From positions 32,001 to 96,000 of the IMG/VR virus record IMGVR_UViG_3300021197_001995: a DNA stretch of 64,000 nucleotides; one strand, 5' to 3'. The translations under genes were made by a program, and so were the position numbers. This DNA is from a virus. This document shows, piece by piece, positions 41,157 through 50,155 of this stretch (positions are counted from its first letter, which is position 1; every line of letters starts with the position of its first letter). The notes under the pieces are model-generated. The model worked only from the letters and a program-made list of their open reading frames with translations, was not told the DNA's origin and ran no database searches.

Positions 41157-41393
41157 ATGGGTAGAAGAACACCAGTACACGTGGAAGTGGTAATACACGA
41201 CCAAAGACAAGTTGAAAGAATGATCAAGAAATTCACTAGAAAGTGCAAGAAATCAGGATTGTTTGATGAGTTAAAAGAAAGAAGATACTTCAAGAAGAAG
41301 TCACTCAAGATGAAAGAGAAGAGAGAAAGAAAGAAAAAGCTTTCTCAGAAGTCTACACAAGACTATAAAGACAAATTTGAGAATTTTAAATAG
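41157..41393 (+). CDS. rpsU: Phage-encoded ribosomal protein bS21
   Basis: VERMIKKFTRKCKKSGLFDELKERRYFKKKS matches the bS21 pattern (E.ALRRFKR....G...E.R.R..Y.KPS); 78 aa, very basic. Confidence 0.8.
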   Translation: MGRRTPVHVEVVIHDQRQVERMIKKFTRKCKKSGLFDELKERRYFKKKSLKMKEKRERKKKLSQKSTQDYKDKFENFK

Positions 41394-41407
41394 GAGATTA
41401 TTAAAAA

Positions 41408-41815
41408 ATGGCATCAGGATTTAACAACACACCTCCAGCATCGGAGTTTCACAGGCACAGTAGTTGGGGTAGAACCCGTAGACCAAAGAACGTAAATGGC
41501 GCGAGCAGCACAGCACATGCTCTAGACACGACGGCATATTTCACAGAGAACCAGAGGTTCTTGCACGTTGTGTGTGGCACGGCCGCGACAGTTTCAAAGA
41601 TTGAGGTTTATTATCATGGTGCCGGGATATGGTCGGAATTGGTAGAGTCTGTTGATCCGGACGGCAACGGCCAGCACCTAGACACTACCATCGCCGTCGC
41701 TGCTGGCAAAACAAGAATATTTGAAGTTGCCGGAGCAGATAAGGTTAGGATAACCAGAGCCGGCGACAACTCAGACGACACAAAAAAAGTTTGGTTACTT
41801 CTTTCCACCTTCTAA
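41408..41815 (+). CDS. Hypothetical beta-rich protein
   Basis: 135-aa ORF with AGGAG SD, between bS21 and scaffold. Confidence 0.6.
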   Translation: MASGFNNTPPASEFHRHSSWGRTRRPKNVNGASSTAHALDTTAYFTENQRFLHVVCGTAATVSKIEVYYHGAGIWSELVESVDPDGNGQHLDTTIAVAAGKTRIFEVAGADKVRITRAGDNSDDTKKVWLLLSTF

Positions 41816-41919
41816 AGCCTCAAAAATTTTTCCTTCCCTTTAGTTGACCCTAATACTAATTAATAGAGACAAAACTATTTGTTTATACAAAAAAATCACA
41901 ATCGTTAGGAGTCAAAAGA

Positions 41920-43095
41920 ATGTCAAACCTACTTGAAAGAGCCATCATCGATGCAAAAGCCCTCAAGGAAGCCGCCCTCAAGAACGCGGAGCAATTAGTA
42001 GTAGAAAAATACTCAGAAGAAGTAAAGACCGCTATGTCCCGCCTACTGGAGGAAGCCCCAGAGGACGCGATGGGCGATTTCGACGATCTCGGAGCTGAAA
42101 CCGAGATGGGTCTAGAAGACACCGGAGAAGATCTGGGCATGGAGACCGGAGAAGAAGCATCAGAAGAGACTCCACTCGACCCAGACACCGTCATGGGATC
42201 AATCCCCGATGCCTTTTCTGGCGATGACGACGAAATCATAAGCATTAAGCTAGATTCATTGGAAGCTGACTATGAAGATGAGGTCGACGGCCCATTTGCT
42301 TCGGGAGATGAGTTTAATGATGAAGATCTTGGAATCAACATCCTTGATGATGATGAAGAAGACCTTGATTTCGACGACGACATTGAGTTCGACGATGACA
42401 ATGAGGTAGGAGTTGACATTGACATGGACGATGCCCCTACTGCTGACATAACTGCTGACATGATGCAGGAAGTACTCTCCGAGATGGGTCTCGATGAAGA
42501 TGAAATCGATCTTGAAGAGTTAATGGAGAAGGTTCGAGTTGATTTTGAACCACAAAAGTCCGGTTGGGCTGGAACTCCGGAACCTATTATGAAAGAATAT
42601 GAAGCTATGCTACTTGCCAGAGAGCAAGACAGCGAAGTAAAAGAAGAGAACGAGGAACTTCGCAAGAATGTAGCCGCTCTTCAAAAAGAAAACAAGACTT
42701 TAACTTCTGCGGCCACCAAACTGCAGAACCAAAACAAGAAATTTAACACAGCATTTGAAACTATGCAAGAAAAGTTGGAAACCATGAATGTATCTAACGC
42801 AAAGTTGCTGTATATAAACCAGGCCTTAGAGAATGCCTCCTTGAATGAGCGACAAAAAAGAAAAATTGTCGAAGCCATTTCCAAAGCCGAAACAGTACAA
42901 GAAGCAAAGATAGTCTTTGACACTATGAATGAAACTGTTACAACTACTTCAGACGTGAGGAAGAGTGCAACACTGAATGAAATGGTATCGAGACGACCAT
43001 CGCTACTTGTCGCGGCTCGTAATGAGCAACCAAACAAGGACGCCAATCCTTTATTCAATAGAATGCAAAAATTGGCAGGGATAAAGACACAATAA
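41920..43095 (+). CDS. Prohead scaffolding protein (gp22-like)
   Basis: Very acidic middle plus C-terminal coiled coil ending RMQKLAGI; immediately upstream of the major capsid gene. Confidence 0.75.
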   Translation: MSNLLERAIIDAKALKEAALKNAEQLVVEKYSEEVKTAMSRLLEEAPEDAMGDFDDLGAETEMGLEDTGEDLGMETGEEASEETPLDPDTVMGSIPDAFSGDDDEIISIKLDSLEADYEDEVDGPFASGDEFNDEDLGINILDDDEEDLDFDDDIEFDDDNEVGVDIDMDDAPTADITADMMQEVLSEMGLDEDEIDLEELMEKVRVDFEPQKSGWAGTPEPIMKEYEAMLLAREQDSEVKEENEELRKNVAALQKENKTLTSAATKLQNQNKKFNTAFETMQEKLETMNVSNAKLLYINQALENASLNERQKRKIVEAISKAETVQEAKIVFDTMNETVTTTSDVRKSATLNEMVSRRPSLLVAARNEQPNKDANPLFNRMQKLAGIKTQ

Positions 43096-43123
43096 ATCTT
43101 ATAGAAAAGGAGGTGATTTTATA

Positions 43124-45025
43124 ATGTCTGTTTTACAAAAACTAACAGAGGGCGTTCAGTCTCGCGATATGCAAGCTGAAGGCGCCGCTCTACTAAACAA
43201 ATGGGAAGCTACTGGCTTGCTTGAGGGTCTTAACGAAGGCTCACACAAGCAGGGTATGGCTATGCTTCTCGAAAACCAAGCTAAGGAGCTTCTTCGCGAA
43301 GCTTCAGCTATGGGTGCCGGTGATGTCGAAGGCTTCGCAGCCGTCGCATTTCCAATCGTTCGCCGTGTATTCGGTGGATTGATCGCTAACGATCTCGTCA
43401 GCGTTCAGCCAATGAGCCTGCCATCAGGTCTCATTTTCTTCCTTGATTTTATCAAGAGCCCCGACAAGCGCGGAGGCGACGGTTCGTCGATCTATGGCGG
43501 AAACAAGGTAGGTAAAGAAATTCAAACTGGTGTTGACTTGAGCCCAGCTCATTCTGATGCCGGTGCATCACCGCTTAGCGCTGGTGGTTTCTACGACTTC
43601 AATACTGGTTTTGCTCACGCTACTGGTTCTGTTGTAGACCCGGCCAAGACGGCCACAGTCAACGCGTCAGTCGCCGCGGCCGAGCGAGTAGCGCTTGTTT
43701 CAGATACGCCAGTTACTTTAACTGGTCAGAAGACTATCGCAGATTTCAACGCCAGCACAGCAGCCGGCGAAGCCCTGAGAAAACTAGTTGATTTTGACCC
43801 AGATCTCTTGGCCATTACTGCCACCGCAACGAGAGTTGTACTTTTGGATCTTCCGATCCCATCAGACTTGAACAGAGACGCACTATCTGCTGTCAAGCTC
43901 GAAAGGTCAGCTGACAAGCGCATCGGAGCTTGTCTCGATGCTTCTGACGGTGAAGTAATCGATCGACTTTCTGTCGGTTGCCGACAGATCAGAAGACTAA
44001 CGAAGTTGGTCGACACTACTGGAAACGGTACCGTAGATAAGCTTCGAGTTTGCATCATCAATAACGACGCAGACGTCGCTATTACTGATAATAATGATAG
44101 CGAGGGCCCATCGGTCATCTTAAATACTCATCAGATCGAGATACAAAGCTATCCGAAGGCTGATCAGCTTGAAGCTGTATCCGGCGGCGTTGGTGCAGTT
44201 AATCTTGTCGGTACTGACGGTAGCGGCATACCACTTGAAAGCGCAGCTGACATGGCTGAGATCGACATCAAGGTCGACTCAATCGCAGTCACCGCACAGA
44301 CCAAGAAACTGAAGGCCAAATGGTCTCCAGAACTCGGTCAGGACCTCAACGCATACCACAACTTGGATGCAGAGGTTGAGCTTACTGGTATTCTTTCAGA
44401 GCAGATTGCTTTGGAAATCGACCGTGAGCTTCTCGGTGACCTTGTAAACGGTGCAACTGCTGGTACTCGTTACTGGAGCCGTGCACCTGGTTTATTCGTA
44501 GACTCAAGTGGCGCAGAGGTTGGTGCTTCTTCGGCAGCACCTGACTTCACTGGCACTGTCAGTGAATGGTATGAGACTCTCATTGAAACCATCAATGATG
44601 TTTCAGCCCAGATCCACAGAAAGACACTCCGAGGCGGAGCAAACTTTGTTGTTTGTTCTCCTGAGGTTGCTAACATCTTGGAATTCACCAGTGGTTTCCG
44701 CGCAAGCGTAACTGCTGACCAGGATCGTGGTACCATCGGTGCTGTTAAGTCTGGATCTTTGAGCAAGAAGTTTGACGTTTATGTTGATCCTTACTTTGTT
44801 CGAAACGTGATCCTCGTTGGTCGTAAGGGTAGTTCATTCCTCGAAAGTGGATTTGTCTACGCCCCATACGTACCATTGCAGGTCACACCAACCATTTTCG
44901 GTACGGAAGACTTCGTGCCACGTAAGGGTGTCATGACTCGTTACGCCAAGAAGATGGTTCGACCAGATATGTATGGTCTAGTTGTCGTTCGTGGTCTCCT
45001 CGGTGAGGCAGGAAAGACAGCCTAA
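43124..45025 (+). CDS. Major capsid protein (gp23-like)
   Basis: KW...LLENQ, VSVQPMSLPSGLIF, KLKAKWSPELGQDL, EIDRE, YAPYVPL, GVMTRYA; SD AGGAGGTG. Confidence 0.95.
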   Translation: MSVLQKLTEGVQSRDMQAEGAALLNKWEATGLLEGLNEGSHKQGMAMLLENQAKELLREASAMGAGDVEGFAAVAFPIVRRVFGGLIANDLVSVQPMSLPSGLIFFLDFIKSPDKRGGDGSSIYGGNKVGKEIQTGVDLSPAHSDAGASPLSAGGFYDFNTGFAHATGSVVDPAKTATVNASVAAAERVALVSDTPVTLTGQKTIADFNASTAAGEALRKLVDFDPDLLAITATATRVVLLDLPIPSDLNRDALSAVKLERSADKRIGACLDASDGEVIDRLSVGCRQIRRLTKLVDTTGNGTVDKLRVCIINNDADVAITDNNDSEGPSVILNTHQIEIQSYPKADQLEAVSGGVGAVNLVGTDGSGIPLESAADMAEIDIKVDSIAVTAQTKKLKAKWSPELGQDLNAYHNLDAEVELTGILSEQIALEIDRELLGDLVNGATAGTRYWSRAPGLFVDSSGAEVGASSAAPDFTGTVSEWYETLIETINDVSAQIHRKTLRGGANFVVCSPEVANILEFTSGFRASVTADQDRGTIGAVKSGSLSKKFDVYVDPYFVRNVILVGRKGSSFLESGFVYAPYVPLQVTPTIFGTEDFVPRKGVMTRYAKKMVRPDMYGLVVVRGLLGEAGKTA

Positions 45026-45053
45026 TAGTTAATTTAATTAACAATTAGAAAAC

Positions 45054-45095
45054 AAAGCCCTCGGTCATTAATTTGGTCGGGGGTTTCGTTTTTTC
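45054..45095 (+). terminator. Rho-independent terminator after the major capsid gene
   Basis: AAAGCCCTCGGTCA-loop-TGGTCGGGGGTTT followed by a T tract. Confidence 0.75.
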
Positions 45096-45188
45096 TGCGA
45101 CTAATTATTGTACATAGAATGAATCTACCCAGTTTCATGACATGATTATAAATGGTTAAAACCAAAAAAACCAATGGAGGGTTATAAA

Positions 45189-45713
45189 ATGGGTACAAAA
45201 AGAATAGGCCTGGCGAGAGTCGAGGCACTAATGGAGAATTTGAAGAGAGATCTGGCACTAGGTGGATCCACAATTAGCGGCAACCAGAGAAAGTGCGTGA
45301 CATTAACCGACGCGGCTGCTGCGGAAGCTATACGTTCGGCACTGACAGTGGCTGAGTCTGGAACAATATTCGTCGTTCCAGCACTGACTGGCGACACCCA
45401 GACTTTGGACCTGCCAGCGCACAATGCAGCCATGGTTGGCACAACGTATACGTTCACCATGGCCGCTACCGCGGGACAGATACTTACTATCAGCACTCCT
45501 GGCGCCGAAAAGATTGTCGGATGTGTTCCTAAGGGTGATGGTGACAATAACGCGGCCTCAGCTGCCAACGACTCAGTGTCTTTTGCCGCTACAGCAATTA
45601 TTGGCACACATTTTTCACTGACGTGTGTCTCTGCTACAGCAGGCGTCGCATGGCTTCTGCATGATGTTGTAGAGGGTGTTGCGGCCAACACAGGCACTGT
45701 CGTCTTGGCATAA
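45189..45713 (+). CDS. Hypothetical structural protein (possible head decoration protein)
   Basis: Ala/Thr-rich beta protein right after the capsid gene, with its own promoter motif, GGAGG SD and terminator. Confidence 0.5.
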   Translation: MGTKRIGLARVEALMENLKRDLALGGSTISGNQRKCVTLTDAAAAEAIRSALTVAESGTIFVVPALTGDTQTLDLPAHNAAMVGTTYTFTMAATAGQILTISTPGAEKIVGCVPKGDGDNNAASAANDSVSFAATAIIGTHFSLTCVSATAGVAWLLHDVVEGVAANTGTVVLA

Positions 45714-45743
45714 AAGCGACGCTTAAGATTTAGCAAATCTTCT

Positions 45744-45778
45744 AAACCCCCTTCCAATTCTTGGTTGGGGGTTTTTTT
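45744..45778 (+). terminator. Rho-independent terminator
   Basis: AAACCCCC...GGGGGTTT hairpin followed by a T run. Confidence 0.75.
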
Positions 45779-45819
45779 ATATCCAACCTATTTATAATAT
45801 AACACGAAAGGATACTCCC

Positions 45820-46179
45820 ATGGGTAAGAAATCAAGAAAATTAAGAAGTCCGAAGTATGCAGTCAAGGCTGCTGGCCTACGAAACGCTGTAGCAAGACTT
45901 CGAGGCCAAGTAACAGAAGCAGTAGAGCCAGTAGTGGAGCCAGTAGTGGAGCCAGTAACAGAGATTGCCACGAAAACTGTTGAACCAGCACAAGAGGAGC
46001 CAAAGGAAAACCCTAATGCACTAAAGTTTATTAAAGAAGACAAGGAAATCCAGATTGAGGATCCAGATCTAGCAATTAAAACGCCCCCGGAAGCTAAGAA
46101 AACCTCTACAGCCACCCCAAAGAAAACGACTTCCACGACCCGTAGAAGGCGAACTACCAAAACAAAACAAGACTCCTAG
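45820..46179 (+). CDS. Small low-complexity protein with basic termini
   Basis: 119 aa; EPVV repeats; K/R/T-rich ends; AAGGA SD. Confidence 0.55.
   Translation: MGKKSRKLRSPKYAVKAAGLRNAVARLRGQVTEAVEPVVEPVVEPVTEIATKTVEPAQEEPKENPNALKFIKEDKEIQIEDPDLAIKTPPEAKKTSTATPKKTTSTTRRRRTTKTKQDS
45925..45957 (+). repeat. 12-bp tandem repeat GAGCCAGTAGTG x~2.75 (EPVV)
   Basis: Read directly from the sequence. Confidence 0.85.
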
Positions 46180-46199
46180 GCTATTTGTCCATACCACCA

Positions 46200-46207
46200 A
46201 CTATTTA
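46200..46207 (+). promoter_or_regulatory. ACTATTTA late-promoter-like motif
   Basis: Intergenic, before gp13. Confidence 0.6.
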
Positions 46208-46239
46208 TAATGATAAACTATAACTAGCGAGGGACAATT

Positions 46240-47886
46240 ATGTCTGCACCCACATTGACACCGGCAAGTACGCTATCAACAATTGTCTTGCCATCAGCAG
46301 GAACGATTTCAAAAGTAAACGAAGCGTTACCTTACAAAATCTATTCAGAAGAGTCTTCTCCAATGTACTCCTCAGAGTTTCTTTCGGGAGCCGTAGATCA
46401 AGTCTCTTATGTGTTTAAGAAACTTGGAGGTGATGTTTTAGATCTAGAGATAACAGAAGGAAACGTATACGCAGCTTATGAAGAAGCGGTATTAGAATAC
46501 TCCTACTTAATAAACGTACACCAGGCAACGAATGTATTGTCTGACGCACTAGGGAACACAACTGGATCGTTTGATTCCAAGGGCAACATCGAGCAAGGCG
46601 CTTTATCTTCTTCATTGGGAGGAACACACGTCGCCTTAAAGTATCCTAAATTCGACTACAGCATGACTAGAAGGATAGGTGAGGGCATAGGGTCCGAGAT
46701 TGGTTTAAACGGATCCGTGCAGCACTCTGCTTCCTTTGACGTCCACCCGGGAACGCAAGATTACGACCTTCAGCAAATCATAAGTTCAAGGTTGAATACT
46801 TCAGCCACCGCCGGCTTGACTTTATCCGCAGCACCGGCCAACGGAAAGATCTTAACCTTGATCGATACAGATAACAGAACAGTTGATTTCAAGTTTGACA
46901 CAGATCTAGACTACAGTTCTCCAAACGCATCTCCAGTGGTGATAGGCATCGACGCAGCAAACAACGCCGCAGACGCAGCCAACGCAGAATCTGTTGCAAC
47001 CTTGCTCGCTGCAGCTATTAATAACAACAACCATCTGCAGATAACGGCCGCGGTAGATGGATCCGATGCGAAAAAGGTAAATTTAACACAAAACAAGGGA
47101 GGAGCCGCCGGAAACACATCCATCACGGAAAACTCTGCAGCGATAACGGCAACTAGTTTTACCGACGGCGCTAATGAATTTCCCTATGGTAGCGACATAG
47201 CAGGAAAGCGAATCCTCGTCAAGAAAGTGTTCTACAAGACTCCGCATGCAATGTGGAGGTTCTTCGGCTACTATGGGGGATTAAACGTTGTAGGAAACTT
47301 GCACAACTACGGACAGTTCTCAGATGATTCAACATTCCAGTTAGTACCTGCGTGGCACAACAAGGCTCAGGCCATGGCCTTCGAGGATGCGATCTATACA
47401 AGAATGTCCCACTTCTCTTATGAACTTAAAAACAACAAGATTCGTCTTTATCCTAAACCATATGGTGGTTCCCCTGTAAAAATGTGGGTGGAGTTTTCAA
47501 TCCCAACTGACGTTTGGGACTCTGACGACGAATCAGTGAACGGTGTCAACAATATGAACACCTTGCCGATAGGTAACTTACCTTTCGGAAGCATAAACTC
47601 TATTGGTAAACAGTGGATACGAAGGTTCTCGCTAGCCTTGTGCAAAGAAACGCTCGGCCAAGTCAGATCTAAGTTCGGATCAGTACCGGTACCCGGCCAA
47701 CAGGTCCAGCTTAATGGCACAGCACTACTATCAGAAGCGAAAGATGAACAAAACAAACTAAGGGATGAGCTAAAGCAAACCCTTACAGAATTAACTTATG
47801 TTAAATTGGCAGAACAAGACGCCGGCATGCTCGAAAGCGCGGAGAAAGTCTTGGATAAGGTGCCAAATTACATTTTTGTGGGGTAA
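46240..47886 (+). CDS. Neck protein gp13-like, with one inserted repeat domain
   Basis: KLGGDVLDLEIT N-terminus; WIRRFSLALCKETLGQVRSKF...QLNGTAL...EA C-terminus. Confidence 0.8.
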   Translation: MSAPTLTPASTLSTIVLPSAGTISKVNEALPYKIYSEESSPMYSSEFLSGAVDQVSYVFKKLGGDVLDLEITEGNVYAAYEEAVLEYSYLINVHQATNVLSDALGNTTGSFDSKGNIEQGALSSSLGGTHVALKYPKFDYSMTRRIGEGIGSEIGLNGSVQHSASFDVHPGTQDYDLQQIISSRLNTSATAGLTLSAAPANGKILTLIDTDNRTVDFKFDTDLDYSSPNASPVVIGIDAANNAADAANAESVATLLAAAINNNNHLQITAAVDGSDAKKVNLTQNKGGAAGNTSITENSAAITATSFTDGANEFPYGSDIAGKRILVKKVFYKTPHAMWRFFGYYGGLNVVGNLHNYGQFSDDSTFQLVPAWHNKAQAMAFEDAIYTRMSHFSYELKNNKIRLYPKPYGGSPVKMWVEFSIPTDVWDSDDESVNGVNNMNTLPIGNLPFGSINSIGKQWIRRFSLALCKETLGQVRSKFGSVPVPGQQVQLNGTALLSEAKDEQNKLRDELKQTLTELTYVKLAEQDAGMLESAEKVLDKVPNYIFVG

Positions 47887-47892
47887 TTTTTA

Positions 47893-48390
47893 ATGTCAGA
47901 CGATAACAAATGGGAACAACCTGCAGCCCCACCTCCGCCACTCTTTACTGGAAAGAAAGAGAAGGACCTGGTAAAGCAGATCAACGACGAGATTATAGAG
48001 AGAGTCGTCGGGCAGACAATTTTGTACTATCCAATAAGTTTGGAGCACACAAAATTCCACAATACTTACGGCGAAGCAATAGACAAGAACTTTCTGAACC
48101 CAGTTAGGATTTATGCCATGGTAAAATATGTATCCCAAAACACAACCACAACGCCACTAGGTATTGACCGCGTGGAAAAGATTTCAATCTCGTTTCACAA
48201 GCGACGACTGGTAGAGGACCAGGATCTTTTTGTAAGAGAAGGAGACTTCGTTCAGTACGGTGAGAACTTTTACGAGATACTCACCCTAGTAGAGCCAGTG
48301 TGGTTATACGGCCAGGTAGAATCTAAGTTTGAGATCACAGCAGATTGTGTACGAGCCCGAGAAGGCTTGTTTGGAGTTAAGAGCCAATGA
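47893..48390 (+). CDS. Neck/head-closure protein gp14-like
   Basis: EIIERVVGQ..LYY, YGEA, REGDFV; follows gp13. Confidence 0.75.
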   Translation: MSDDNKWEQPAAPPPPLFTGKKEKDLVKQINDEIIERVVGQTILYYPISLEHTKFHNTYGEAIDKNFLNPVRIYAMVKYVSQNTTTTPLGIDRVEKISISFHKRRLVEDQDLFVREGDFVQYGENFYEILTLVEPVWLYGQVESKFEITADCVRAREGLFGVKSQ

Positions 48391-49208
48391 CAGAGAGCAA
48401 AATACCATACAAAATTTATTTTGAAGCATCCACAATAGAGAACATAGACAAATCAGTGCTAGATTATGTTAAAGGTATGCAACTAAGGTCGACAACTAAT
48501 GAGGGCTTCAAGGAAGTTCCGGTTATGTGGGGCACATCAGAGAGATCCTTTGTATCGAAGGGAGAAAAAAGCATTAGAGATGCCCAAGGCATGCTCAAGC
48601 TTCCAATCATTTCGATAAGAAGAACAGGATTCTCAAAACCACTAGCTAGTAAAGGGGCCTTTCATGGAAACGTACCAGAAAACCCAGATTCACAGGGCGG
48701 ATCTTTGGTGGTTAGTAGAGTAATCAATGCGGAGAAGACAAACAACTTTGCAAAAGCCGATACCAAGAAAATGACAGGGCAAACGAACTATCCTAGAAAA
48801 AACAACAAGATAGTTTACCAGACTGTCTCCGCACCTATGCCTGTCAACGTAGAATTGACTTATGAGATAACAATAAGAACAGAATATCAGCAACAAATGA
48901 ATGAATTGATGTTGCCTTTTGTTACAAAGTCTGGTACAATAAACTATGTTAGACTCGAAAGCAACGGCCACCGCTATGAGGGTTTCTTGCAGGACCAATA
49001 CAGTGCAAAAGACAATATTTCAGACTTCTCAGCTGACGAACGAAAATTCGAAACATCGATCAGCTTGAGAGTGGTGGGATATCTGGTAGGCCAAGGCGAT
49101 AATCGAGAGAAGCCACATTTCTCAGTGAGAGAGAACGCTGTAGAAGTAAAGATCCCCAGAGAAAGCGTAATTGTCAGCGAAGAAGAACTGAAAAAATACG
49201 ACTTATAA
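48387..49208 (+). CDS. Tail terminator/sheath stabiliser gp15-like
   Basis: VPVMWG..ER, LPIISI.R, PMPV...YEITI....QQQMNEL. Confidence 0.75.
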   Translation: MTESKIPYKIYFEASTIENIDKSVLDYVKGMQLRSTTNEGFKEVPVMWGTSERSFVSKGEKSIRDAQGMLKLPIISIRRTGFSKPLASKGAFHGNVPENPDSQGGSLVVSRVINAEKTNNFAKADTKKMTGQTNYPRKNNKIVYQTVSAPMPVNVELTYEITIRTEYQQQMNELMLPFVTKSGTINYVRLESNGHRYEGFLQDQYSAKDNISDFSADERKFETSISLRVVGYLVGQGDNREKPHFSVRENAVEVKIPRESVIVSEEELKKYDL

Positions 49209-49225
49209 ATTAAACAAAAAAACAC

Positions 49226-49254
49226 TTGAAATTAAATTATTTTGGTGATAGAAT
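49226..49254 (+). promoter_or_regulatory. Sigma70-type promoter
   Basis: TTGAAA-17 bp-TAGAAT with extended -10 TG and an A-rich UP region. Confidence 0.65.
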
Positions 49255-49312
49255 TGTTACACCAAGTACTTATTAGAGGTACAAAACCTGTTAACATAGA
49301 AAGGAAAACAAA

Positions 49313-49666
49313 ATGACAGAAGAAACAACAGAGCAGACCGAAGCAACAGAAAGCGAAACAGTAGAATCAGCAGAGGAAATAAAGTTCCAGGAAGTTGTGG
49401 AAATTCCATGGGAGGAAGTCCAAGAAACGCTGCAATTGAGAATGACTTTGACTCAAGCCGAAGATCAAGTGTCAACATTTCTACTCAGCGCCGAAAAAAG
49501 AAAGACAATGCTTATGTCTCGCCTAGCAGAGCTGGAAAGCTCGCTCTATCAGTCTGCAAACGCACTGAGAGAGGACAAGGAACTCAACCCAGACTGGGCC
49601 TATGAGTTGAAACTCCCAGACGCTCAAGGAGAAAAAGGCTACTTTGTACGCAAAGAGGAACAGTAG
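49313..49666 (+). CDS. Hypothetical acidic protein
   Basis: 117-aa ORF with AAGGA SD, downstream of the sigma70-type promoter. Confidence 0.6.
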   Translation: MTEETTEQTEATESETVESAEEIKFQEVVEIPWEEVQETLQLRMTLTQAEDQVSTFLLSAEKRKTMLMSRLAELESSLYQSANALREDKELNPDWAYELKLPDAQGEKGYFVRKEEQ

Positions 49667-49757
49667 ATACTACTTATAAATGTAAGTCTGGCCGCGGCAA
49701 CGCAGTCAGATTTACGTAAGAAATCAAAAAATTCTCTCAAGAAGAAGGAGCAAATTA

Positions 49758-49970
49758 ATGTTTACGACGAGCGACATAGGAATAGCAGCATACTTACAAT
49801 TAAAAGGCCTAAAGCTTAAAGAATGTCGCCGTCTAGACACTGGCAAATTCCACTTTTGTTTTGAAGACCCAGATTCCAGGTCTCAGAGTCTCTCACTCGA
49901 ATTCTTGGATTCTGACTTTTGCAAATTTGACAACATTGTCCGCAACCTCAAGAAAATCCTCTTCTCTTGA
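49758..49970 (+). CDS. DUF5659-like small protein
   Basis: FTTSDIGIAAYL...F.F motif; AAGGAG SD. Confidence 0.6.
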   Translation: MFTTSDIGIAAYLQLKGLKLKECRRLDTGKFHFCFEDPDSRSQSLSLEFLDSDFCKFDNIVRNLKKILFS

Positions 49971-49981
49971 AGAAACGAAAA

Positions 49982-49989
49982 ACTATTTA
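49982..49989 (+). promoter_or_regulatory. ACTATTTA late-promoter-like motif
   Basis: Intergenic, before the tail fibre gene. Confidence 0.6.
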
Positions 49990-50155
49990 ATAGTGTTCGT
50001 TAATTTTTAATCCCATAAGCCTTAGATTCACTTTTCTCACCTCACGCTTTTAGTTTACTGCCATCCCAATTTATCGATTTTTTGCTAATACTTGTTTATT
50101 ATTTATTTATCTAACCGTAGAAATAACAAAACATTTCTTAGGAGGAAATTAAAAC

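Noticed and set aside
45925-45957. CRISPR-like array
   Set aside because: It is a short in-frame 12-bp coding tandem repeat without spacers.
49986-50030. 14-codon minus-strand ORF with a GAGGTG SD
   Set aside because: Too short and unsupported; easily arises by chance.
49682-50155. tRNA or other known ncRNA in intergenic gaps
   Set aside because: No cloverleaf with T-loop GTTCRA and acceptor stem could be built.
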